Positions 50,544 through 59,328 of a stretch of 64,000 nucleotides of DNA are shown here, one piece after another; position 1 is the first letter of the stretch; every line of letters begins with the position of its first letter. The notes beneath the pieces were generated by a model. The model was given only the letters and a program-made list of their open reading frames with translations, had not been told where the DNA came from and ran no database searches. The position numbers and the translations under genes are program-made. The DNA comes from Candidatus Bathyarchaeota archaeon. GTDB taxonomy: Archaea > Thermoproteota > Bathyarchaeia > Bathyarchaeales > Bathycorpusculaceae. The stretch spans positions 32,001 through 96,000 of the forward strand of contig CAWAKC010000001.1 in NCBI GenBank assembly GCA_963782525.1, written 5' to 3'.

Positions 50544-50700
50544 AAATCATCATAAGGCGACAACACGCAGCTAAGCCAATTGAACTAAGAAAGCTGACTC
50601 CGCACGCTTTCTTCTGTTACCCTCTGTCTTTTTGTCAGCCAAAAACTTGACTAACCTTAGACAAGACAGTTTTATAAAAAACCACTTAAACAAACATAAC
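50544..50700 (+). repeat. Empty cassette (degenerate A + signal stub + B) at the right end of the array
   Basis: cataaggcgacaac...ttcttctgttaccctctgtctttttgtcagccaaaaacttgactaaccttagacaag...accacttaaacaaac; no gene follows. Confidence 0.68.
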
Positions 50701-51031
50701 TCAAAATATAGCTTGAACTTAAACGACAAAAAAAACTCTTAGTGCCACCTGACGTATTTTGGAACTTGCACTCGATTGCCCTCTTGGGCTTGGCAGCAAA
50801 CTCTACTTTCTCAGGGACAGGCAACTAGAAGAGTCCGCCTAACCCAACCTTCCCCAGACGCACCCAACCGAATCCAACCGCAACCAAAACCTACCCCACA
50901 ACCCAATCAACAAAACCAACCCAAACCAAACCCCCCACAAAATGCAACACCAAGTCGTCTTCTTCTTCAAAAGACAAAACGCATCAGTTCTGTGATCGCA
51001 CTTACTCTTTTTTATTAATGAAGATAATTGA

Positions 51032-51310
51032 TTAAAAAGGTTCTAGAGTAACATTCAACACATAGCCCGCAAGCTCAACTCCTCTATTTTGCATCAGAGC
51101 CATGTTTGTTTTGGGGATGACGATTCTACCGTCTTGGCTCATCCTTGCCAAAAAAACCTGTAAAGTACTCCATACACCAATGACATTGACGGTTACTTTT
51201 AGGGTTTGATTTGTTTCGAGCTTGTACTTCCACCGAACGTACTTGGAGACTTGGAAACGGTTTCCCCTCTGCAGCTTCGTGGTAAAGCTTACCCTCTCAT
51301 AAAGCGGCAA
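51032..51310 (-). CDS. Small tandem AbrB/swapped-hairpin-like DNA-binding protein
   Basis: Two repeats: FTTKLQRGNRFQVSK and FLARMSQDGRIVIPK. Confidence 0.72.
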   Translation of the reverse strand: MPLYERVSFTTKLQRGNRFQVSKYVRWKYKLETNQTLKVTVNVIGVWSTLQVFLARMSQDGRIVIPKTNMALMQNRGVELAGYVLNVTLEPF

Positions 51311-51452
51311 CTAGACCAATCCTCCATTCCCAACCTTTCGCAGACGGACAAAGACGCAACCAAAGTCAACTCCCAAGCAGAAACGATAAAAGCAACTTAG
51401 AACAAACGTCCCCATTTTTTTGCTACAGCGGTGTTGTTGTTCTTTTAACATG

Positions 51453-54096
51453 TTATCCTCCTGGTTCATCAAACTGTTGCTGGTCCTCGATTAACTCAAA
51501 ACCCTCCCTTTGGCAGGTGTTGGCGACTTCCGTGAAATGGCTCACAGCCTTATCATGACAATAATAGCCTCTGCCAAGTTGGTATTTGGCTTCTCGTGCG
51601 CAGCCATATTTTTCACATGGATGAGGCTCATTGGGCGGCAGGATGTGGTAGTGGATTGGCTCAGGCATTATGAGTGCAGTCTCTTTAGGTTCAATCGGTA
51701 GATCTGCAAAAGAAGAAGAAGATTGATGCACGAGCACTTCTTCTTCTACCAATTCTGTTTTTTGATCGGATGCCTCAGCTACCGCAGATATCGCAGGTTT
51801 TTGAACATCGCAAAATATTTCGCCAGCGGAGCTAAGATTTTTTTGAAAATTAAAATTATCTGTGGTATCTGTGGTAGTTGTGGTGGTATTTAGTTGTGTT
51901 TGGTAGTTCTCAACTGGTTGATCGTTTGAAATCTTGAGTCGTATGCCTTTAAAGCCTCGGCCTTCCCTGCTGGTCTCATGATCCTTAACCTTTGGAGTAT
52001 CTCGCAGCCGCTGATAAAACCGGCGTTCAGTCTCTGGAGCCTTTCCAAGTTCCTGGTCAGCGTAGTTTTTGTAGTCTTCAAAGGCTGCTTTGCGTGACAC
52101 GAAACCTTCAGCATCATAGATGCAGTTGTCCTCTATCCAGGCGCTTATGGGATCGGAGGTTCGTTTGAATTCCAACATGACTTCTTGAGTAGTCTTGCTA
52201 ACCGAGAAATCATTGTTCTTCCAAAGGCGGTGCAACCCCTCGAGCATCCAATTGAAGATTCCTGAAACTTCCGCTGGGTCGCTTAGCCAGGTTTGCTCTA
52301 TGTTGTCGATTTGGTCTTTGCCCCTAAACGAGTTTGGAAACTTCAAAATCAAAGTTCGCTCTTGAAACGCTACCGATGAGTCGTTGATTTTTGGGAATTC
52401 GTTGCCTAAAACAAACACTTTGGCGACGTTACGAAAGCTGAGGCGTTTTTGTTTGCCCTTAACTTCCGCATCTAAGCTGTCTTCGCCCGTAATTTTCTTT
52501 AGAAGCGCAGTCTGCAGTTTTACGACGGTTGAGGGTTCATTGCAGACATTTACGAGCTTGCCGTAGAGTTGAGCGACTGAGAATCGGTGGTCACCGTCTA
52601 ATTCGCCCAGTTCGAGGTGGTAGCAGTTTTCTCCTCCTATGATTGCTTCTAGGGTGGCGATGACTCTGCCTTTGCCGTTTCTGCCGCCGCCGTAGAACCA
52701 CATCATCTTGTGCTTGGGCATAATCGGCAGCAAACAGTAGCCTAAGTACTCCTGTAGAAGTGCATGATCTTCCACGGGTAAAATTTGTGAGAGAAAACTC
52801 AGCCATTTAGGGCATTTAGCGGACCCGTCAAAGTGTACGTTGAGTTTGTAGGTGTAGATTAAATCGGAGTCGAAGGCTCTCAGCTCAAGGGTTTTCAAAT
52901 CTAACAACCCGTTCTGTACTGGAACAAGCCCTCGGTAAAGATTGAATTCGCCTCGATCCACAAAGCTTGCTCTGCGCAGGTGCTCTAAGATCTCGGTAAC
53001 AAAATGGCTGCTGACCGAAGCACCATACTCCCGCTCCAGCAAGCCCTCAACCAAACATTCCGCTGGTTTGTAGATGCCTTCACAGTAATAGTAGAGGTCA
53101 CGCAGGTCCATGGGCGTTTTAAAGGTGTACTCGTTGTGTAGGCGCTCTAAGACTTCTTCGAGTTTTTGCTCCTTGGCCTCTTTGGCGACACTTAGGCTTG
53201 CAAGTTTGCGCACACATCCGCCGCATTTGTCTTGGCTAAATCCAAAGACTTGGAACAACGGCGTACTGACGTGTCCCGTCTCTTGGTTCATCTTAGCGGT
53301 GCAAGGATGCGGTCTGCCCCCACGTTCATGGAAGCTGCGTGCACTGCCAATTTGGCTCTGCGTTATGCCCTGGTTATAGTCTCGCCTTGCTTCGGAGCTG
53401 TAGATTGTTTGGAAGAAGTCATGGATCTCATCATCCGAAAAATCCTTCGAAACCATAAACTGCGCTAAAGCCAACCGCTGAAGATGATCAAGCCGAATGT
53501 GCTTGCGGTCCACAACAGCGCACACACAGTTGAAACGCAAAAAATCGTAGCGCTCCAACTGTTCATCCAGAAACTTTTTGGTATCGGCTATTATGGTGTT
53601 GTCAACTTTTATGGGTGCATCAAACATCTTGATGTAGGGCTGTTTTTGGCCCTCACAATCTTCCGCAAACCCGCCGACGGCAACGTAGCCGCCGTTCTCA
53701 AACTCCATGTGCAGGTTTCGCTTGAACGGACTACTGTTCTCTTTCTCGGTGGTGGTGTAGAGCATGCGGTAACCCTTATTTGGCGTTTGGAACGTCAAGG
53801 TCTTAGCACGTTCAGCAAAGTGCTTACTATAACGGTAGGCTAAAAACTCCCAATCCCAATCCAGACAAACCAAACCCCCCAAGCCCGGTTCGGGGACCAA
53901 AATTCCAAGCCTCAACCTCACAGCCCAGCGCTCTTTCAACAAGCGCCTCCAAATCCTCCATAGACTGACAAGTCAAATCTTTCCAGGCACCTACCAAACG
54001 AGAAGGATTCTTCGACTTATCCCCAAGCAACAAAACCCAATCCGGATGAACACGCTTGAGCTCATAGAGCTGCGCTAAATCAAAAATAATTGTCAC
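51453..54096 (-). pseudogene. Prim-Pol + D5/P4-like SF3 helicase replicase of plasmid/virus type, with a one-base frameshift in a G6 run near 53878
   Basis: KNP...W...WNFGPRTG in ORF 53827-54096 joins GGLVCLDWD, TPNKGYRMLY, NGLLDL, QEYLGYCL, GGGRNGKG Walker A, LKKITGED, RNVAK. Confidence 0.85.
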
Positions 54097-54434
54097 TCAA
54101 CGCATCCTACCTTTTTTCGCTAGACGAATAATGCTCCATATGAGTGCCAATCTGTTGTCTAGCCTTATATCGTATTTTGTCAGATAGCACCAAGCTTGCT
54201 AAAACAACGAAACAGAGCTAAGCTTGATTAACCAAGTTAATTATCCTTAGTTCAGTAGGACAAAATAGTTTATAAGCAACCCTTATGCCTGCGGCTTTTC
54301 TTGGGTCATTGTAGCAGTTTAACTTCTTTTACTGAAAAGGCTGTTGTTAGGCTATATGACGCGATGATTCGAGGGCGAGCAATTATGGAAATGCTTATGA
54401 CCTTATAACAGCTAAGCAAGATTGAGTATAGACA

Positions 54435-54944
54435 ATGTCTATAACAAGAATACAGAATAATTATAAAATTATCGCAATTATAATAATCATCTTGATAGTT
54501 CCATCGATTATTGTTGCCTACAATTGGCAATCAATCTTTCCATCAGAATATCCGATCGCTCTCAGTAACATCATCTTTTCAACGGACAAACAAATTGATT
54601 CTGTAACAATAGGTATCCAAACCGAAAAAGCAAACGAAACGAGCATAACAAATGTCATAGCTCTTAATACTACAGGCTTAGAGCCGTTAGCGACACCTCA
54701 AAACATTCCACAAGGCGGTAAATATGCAACATCAGACTACATAACACCAACAAAATACTCCATAGGCCAAACAGTTGTAATTGATAGAACATCTAACACT
54801 AGCCAGACACATGAACAGTTAACATTAACGATTACTTCCAAAATGCTACAATATACAGCAGGCTACTACGTTAACATGAAAACAACACCGGATGGTTACG
54901 CGATCGCGGTACCTATGAATGCGACGTGGGTTTCAATTCTGTAA
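54435..54944 (+). CDS. N-terminally anchored hypothetical protein
   Basis: Single N-terminal TM followed by a Thr/Asn-rich domain. Confidence 0.65.
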   Translation: MSITRIQNNYKIIAIIIIILIVPSIIVAYNWQSIFPSEYPIALSNIIFSTDKQIDSVTIGIQTEKANETSITNVIALNTTGLEPLATPQNIPQGGKYATSDYITPTKYSIGQTVVIDRTSNTSQTHEQLTLTITSKMLQYTAGYYVNMKTTPDGYAIAVPMNATWVSIL

Positions 54945-54996
54945 TTAGAGCGCATTTAAACTAAAATTCCATTAGGTTTACATGCGCGCTCGATTG
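54942..54996. repeat. Imperfect hairpin directly after the stop codon, between convergent genes
   Basis: gagcgcatttaaactaa-aattcca-ttaggtttacatgcgcgctc. Confidence 0.5.
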
Positions 54997-55126
54997 AATT
55001 TATAAACTAATTTAGTACAGAGGCTAGAGCAATTGTCTTATGGGTACTACTGGTAATGTTGCAATAGCGGTTTTGATTTTTCTGAACCTTCAGGGCAAAA
55101 AACTGATTAGCAAATTTATAAAAAAC

Positions 55127-55663
55127 CTATACGCTATAGGTCAGATCAATTTGAATAGACACTGTTTTGGCATCTACACTTGCGCTACCGAACATTATAA
55201 AATAATTTCCACTTGATAAAGTAACATTGATGTTGCCTGCTGCCATGGGGAACAGGTCTTTGTTATAACATGGGCTGGAATCATGGCCGCTTAAGTAATT
55301 GATGAATTCCTTTTGACTCCATACTGTTACCACTACGTTGTTATTCGTGCTATTGCCCGTCGAAGTAAAGTTCCCCTGGAGAACTGGATTTAAAGCGTCT
55401 TCTGGAACACCAAAACCCGTGAAGTAGGCACCAGACATTGGAGTCAGAACTATTGCCCCTGAAATTATTTGTATAGGCATAGCGGGGGTATAGTTTGGGT
55501 TGATATTTTGGTTGCCGCTGTTTGTTGTGGCGCCACTTAATATTGCCGAAGTTAAAATTGCTGTGACCATGACTGCTACCACGACTTCTAAAACCAAGTT
55601 TCTAGCAAAATGACTTTTAGGTTTAATCGGGGTTTGTACAGGTAACGCTTGGAATGCTAACAT
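55127..55663 (-). CDS. N-terminally anchored hypothetical protein (beta-sandwich-like)
   Basis: TM, then F.VP.....LQGNF...GNINVTL..G.Y...F. Confidence 0.7.
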   Translation of the reverse strand: MLAFQALPVQTPIKPKSHFARNLVLEVVVAVMVTAILTSAILSGATTNSGNQNINPNYTPAMPIQIISGAIVLTPMSGAYFTGFGVPEDALNPVLQGNFTSTGNSTNNNVVVTVWSQKEFINYLSGHDSSPCYNKDLFPMAAGNINVTLSSGNYFIMFGSASVDAKTVSIQIDLTYSV

Positions 55664-56111
55664 CTTGAATCCTAATAGGTATAATAGCTAATTTCCAAAT
55701 TGAGTTCTTGTACGTCTGGATTAGTCCATACAATCCGAAAAAACATGTCAAAGATTAATCGTCAACTATTTAACAAATTTTTGAGGAAGCGCCAATTAAG
55801 AGCTAAATCTTTTTTTGCTCCTGAGTCGTTTTCTGCTTCACAACAGATTACTATCGAAGCTGATTAGTGCCAATGCCAACCCCGTTGCTTCACAACCGAT
55901 TTCCTAATCTTCTTTTGCAAACGTTTATCATGCGCAAAAGTCTACGTTTAGAAAAAACATGGCTAACCTTCAGCACTAACTATTGTTGTAAGCTGGGTTT
56001 TGTTTATTTTAGAAGCGCATTCACGGTGTTCATGGACTTGTCCTTATTAGGTTGAGCAGACGATACTTTTCGGTAAGCCACAACATTAAAGGTAGCTTTG
56101 GGGATTAATCG

Positions 56112-56852
56112 GTGAATTTCAACTTGAACAAAAAAACCGCAGCTGTTTTGACAGCTTTGGCAATTGCGATTTCATTAATCCTGATCGCTCTGGTTTACAT
56201 CAAATTTCAGTTTCCGTTAGATTTTCAAGGAACCTATTTTATCCTTTTCCTCACAGCTTTCGGGTTAAACCTCATACCGTTTGCTGGTCCCTCAAATTTG
56301 TTGATTGCATCTACCGCTGCTATTGGCATCGCAAACGCCAACATGGAAAGTTTGCTGCTTATCGGTTGTATTATAGCGCTTGCAGCTGCGGCGGCAAAAG
56401 GCATCTATTATGTGGTTACCTTCTTTGTTAATAGGCATCTTAGCCAAAAAAGCAGGGCAAAATTAGATGCTGATGCTGTGAAGATTCGGCGTTGGGCGTT
56501 TTGGCTGCTTTTTTTGGCCGCTGCGACCCCAATTCCAGATGAACCTGTCGTTATTCCATTGGGACTTATGAAGTACAGTCCCACAAGATTCTTTACCGCC
56601 TACTTTTTGGGCAAACTCTCAATCACTGTGGCAGGGGCTTTTTTGGGTAGTTTTGCGGGCAGCCTCTTCTCTGAGTGGTTAAGTCCATTGGCTATGATAG
56701 TAGTTTCGATTGTGTTAACTGTCGTTATCACAATTATTCTTTTGAAGGTGGATTTGGGCAAGCTGGCGGAAAAGTACCTGCACAGAAAAAAGCCAAGCCA
56801 AAAACCCCAAGAACCTCAAGAAAAACTAAATAACCCCGTACCAACGCAGTAG
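56112..56852 (+). CDS. VTT/DedA (SNARE-associated) family membrane protein
   Basis: FLAAATPIPDE...IPLGLMKY...FF.AYFLGK. Confidence 0.82.
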   Translation: MNFNLNKKTAAVLTALAIAISLILIALVYIKFQFPLDFQGTYFILFLTAFGLNLIPFAGPSNLLIASTAAIGIANANMESLLLIGCIIALAAAAAKGIYYVVTFFVNRHLSQKSRAKLDADAVKIRRWAFWLLFLAAATPIPDEPVVIPLGLMKYSPTRFFTAYFLGKLSITVAGAFLGSFAGSLFSEWLSPLAMIVVSIVLTVVITIILLKVDLGKLAEKYLHRKKPSQKPQEPQEKLNNPVPTQ

Positions 56853-56862
56853 AGAGACCAAG

Positions 56863-57354
56863 ATGCCTACAAAACAACGCCGATATCCCTTAAAGGCCAA
56901 GGAAGCTAAACAAATCATAGAGGAAGCCTCAAAAAAACTCAAACTCGATTTAGACTTGAAAGCCAATGTGGAAATCGTCGAGTCGGATGTCGGCGAAATC
57001 TACCTCATCGAAGGAAAACCAATCCTCTTCAAGACAGGCGAGAGAGTTTTGCCTACGTTGCTTTTTGCAGAGTTTATCGCTAAAGCGCCAAAAATCGTGG
57101 TTGATATGGGTGCCATTCCATACGTTTGCAAGGGCGCTGCTGTTATGGCACCTGGCATCGTACGCATCGAAGGGGAATTCGCTGTGGGTGACCTCGTTTT
57201 AATCGTGGATATGAAGCATGGTAAAGCCTTAGCGCTTGGCGAAAGCCTACTTGACGCTGAAATCGCCAAACAAACCAAAAAAGGACCCGTAGCAAAAACT
57301 GTACATTACGTTAGCGACAAAATCTGGGATTACATAAAAAATCTAACTGAATAA
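56863..57354 (+). CDS. PUA-domain RNA-binding protein (MCT-1-like)
   Basis: LPTL, VVDMGAIPYVCKGAAVMAPGIV, HYVSDKIW. Confidence 0.92.
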   Translation: MPTKQRRYPLKAKEAKQIIEEASKKLKLDLDLKANVEIVESDVGEIYLIEGKPILFKTGERVLPTLLFAEFIAKAPKIVVDMGAIPYVCKGAAVMAPGIVRIEGEFAVGDLVLIVDMKHGKALALGESLLDAEIAKQTKKGPVAKTVHYVSDKIWDYIKNLTE

Positions 57355-57378
57355 ACTATCTTGATTTTTGATTCGAAA

Positions 57379-58863
57379 TTAAGTTGCCGGATCCAATTTT
57401 GCAAGCGGAAATTCAAGGGTAAACCGCGTGCCCTTTCCAACCTCACTGTCTACACTCACTTTACCATTTAACGCTTCAGTTAACTTCTTGACAACTGCCA
57501 ATCCGAAGCCTTGACCCTTCGATTTAGTTGTGAATAGAGGCTTGAACAGTTTGTCCATAGTTCCCGGTGAAATACCCAAGCCAGTATCTTCAACGCAGAT
57601 AATTATTTTTTCATCTTTTTGGACAGCATCTAAAGTCAAGCGTCCTCCATTAGGCATAGCTTGAATTGCATTTGAGCACAGATTAGTAAGTATCCGCTTC
57701 ATTGCTGAAGGGTCAGTAACTATTTTTTTAAAAAAAGGTTCAATCGAATAAGATGTTTTTGTGTTTTCAGGAATCTTGAGCGCTGAAAAAACGTCGTCCA
57801 CAATCTTTGTTAAATCGGTTTCTTCAAGAATTGGCTTTAGAGGTTTAGCGAAGTCTTGAAGGTCAGTGACAATCTTGTTGATGTAGAATGCGTTATCCTC
57901 GATGGATTGCAAGCATTCTTTAAGACATTTCTTGGCTTCGCTTTCAGGCAAGTCCTCTAGCTCCTTTTTTGAAAGGAACAAATCGCCAATCATAGCTTGC
58001 AACGGATTACGGATATCATGCCCAACCATGCCGGCGGTAGCTCCAATAGCAGCTAAACGTTCAGAATCCCGCAGTTGCGCCTCTAAATTCTTACGCTCAG
58101 TTACATCATTAAACAAGATTGCAACCTTTCGGATTTTTTCTTCGCCCACTGGAAAAGCAAAAACATCATAATAACGATTTAGCGCCTTCGCCTCATTAGT
58201 AAACCTCATTGAATCTCCAGTTAAAGCAACCTTACCGTAGTTCTCATACCAGTAAGCCTCGTGATTGGGAACAAGACCTCGCATCAATTTTCCTTTAACG
58301 TCATGCAGACCTGTCTGCCGCTCAAAAGAGGCATTGACCTCCAAAAAACAATAATCAAAGGGCTTACAAGCCGCGTCAAAAACCATTTCGACAATACAGA
58401 AACCCTCGTCGATTGAATCAAACAATGTGCGGTATTTCTCTTCGCTTGCCTTAAGCGAGAACGTACGATTTTCGAGTGTTTCCTCAAGTTTTTTACGTTC
58501 GACAGCATAGTTTATGGCGCGAACTAATAGCGCTCCATCAATTTTTCCTTTGATTAAATAATCTTGGGCGCCTTTACGCACTGCTTCCAAAGCCAAGGCA
58601 TCATTTGTGAACGCAGTTAAAATAATGATGGGGACTGTCTTAGCTATCGCTTGTATCCTTTCAAAAGTGTTTAGTCCTTGGCTGTCGGGTAATCCAAGAT
58701 CCAACAAAACTGCATCGATGTTTCCCGCTGATAAACGGTCTATTCCTTTTGAAAGCCTATCAGCCCGCTCAACATTATTCACGCCAATATTTTGCTCTCG
58801 CAACATCTCTTGGATGAGTCGGGCGTCGCCGGAATTGTCTTCAATTACGAGGATTTTTAATTT
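57379..58863 (-). CDS. Hybrid sensor kinase REC-PAS-HisKA-HATPase (start uncertain)
   Basis: KLKILVIEDNSGD in frame upstream of the called ATG; LLDLGLPD, GHDIRNPL, NAIQAM, DTGLG, FTTKSKGQGFGL. Confidence 0.88.
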   Translation of the reverse strand, partial: KLKILVIEDNSGDARLIQEMLREQNIGVNNVERADRLSKGIDRLSAGNIDAVLLDLGLPDSQGLNTFERIQAIAKTVPIIILTAFTNDALALEAVRKGAQDYLIKGKIDGALLVRAINYAVERKKLEETLENRTFSLKASEEKYRTLFDSIDEGFCIVEMVFDAACKPFDYCFLEVNASFERQTGLHDVKGKLMRGLVPNHEAYWYENYGKVALTGDSMRFTNEAKALNRYYDVFAFPVGEEKIRKVAILFNDVTERKNLEAQLRDSERLAAIGATAGMVGHDIRNPLQAMIGDLFLSKKELEDLPESEAKKCLKECLQSIEDNAFYINKIVTDLQDFAKPLKPILEETDLTKIVDDVFSALKIPENTKTSYSIEPFFKKIVTDPSAMKRILTNLCSNAIQAMPNGGRLTLDAVQKDEKIIICVEDTGLGISPGTMDKLFKPLFTTKSKGQGFGLAVVKKLTEALNGKVSVDSEVGKGTRFTLEFPLAKLDPAT

Positions 58864-58866
58864 TTA

Positions 58867-59328
58867 TTACTCCTTTGGCGGCAATTTTACTATTGTAAAC
58901 CAGAACTGTTCTAGTGCATGCATGATTTCGACGAAACGGTTTAGATCTACTGGCTTTGTGATGTAGGCGTTTGCATGCAGATTGTACGTCTTTATGATAT
59001 CTTCATCTGCTTTTGAAGTTGTAAGGACCACAACGGGAATATGCTGCAGTTTTGGGTCTTTCTTGATTTCAGCTAATACTTCGCGACCATCCTTTCTGGG
59101 CAAATTAAGGTCAAGCAGAATTAGGTCAGGCATAGGCGCGTTTGCAAAAGAACCTTGCCGATGAACAAATTGCATGGCTTCAACACCATCTCTAGCAACA
59201 TAAATTTCATTCAGTACTTTAGCATCTTTTAGGGCTTCCTTGGTTAAGCGGACATCTCCAGGATTGTCTTCAACCAACAGAATATCTACCGGGCGTGTTT
59301 CAGTTTTTTGGGCAATAAATCGCTTCAT
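58867..59328 (-). CDS. Single-domain response regulator (Rcp1-like)
   Basis: ILLVEDNPGD, PDLILLDLNLP, LTTS, ANAYITKPVD, FWFTIVKLP. Confidence 0.93.
   Translation of the reverse strand: MKRFIAQKTETRPVDILLVEDNPGDVRLTKEALKDAKVLNEIYVARDGVEAMQFVHRQGSFANAPMPDLILLDLNLPRKDGREVLAEIKKDPKLQHIPVVVLTTSKADEDIIKTYNLHANAYITKPVDLNRFVEIMHALEQFWFTIVKLPPKE

Larger units (their letters stand above)
51032..54096 (-). mobile_element. Replication module of an integrated plasmid/virus-like element (boundaries unknown)
   Basis: Prim-Pol/SF3 helicase plus AbrB-like gene, visibly more GC-rich than the array; no integrase or att sites found. Confidence 0.55.

Noticed and set aside
26331-50700. CRISPR array (37-38 bp repeats)
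   Set aside because: Repeats are separated by whole genes (0.8-6.5 kb), not 30-45 bp spacers; no cas genes
50776-51018. Pro/Gln-rich 80-aa ORF
   Set aside because: By-product of the C/A-skewed tract; no RBS or family features
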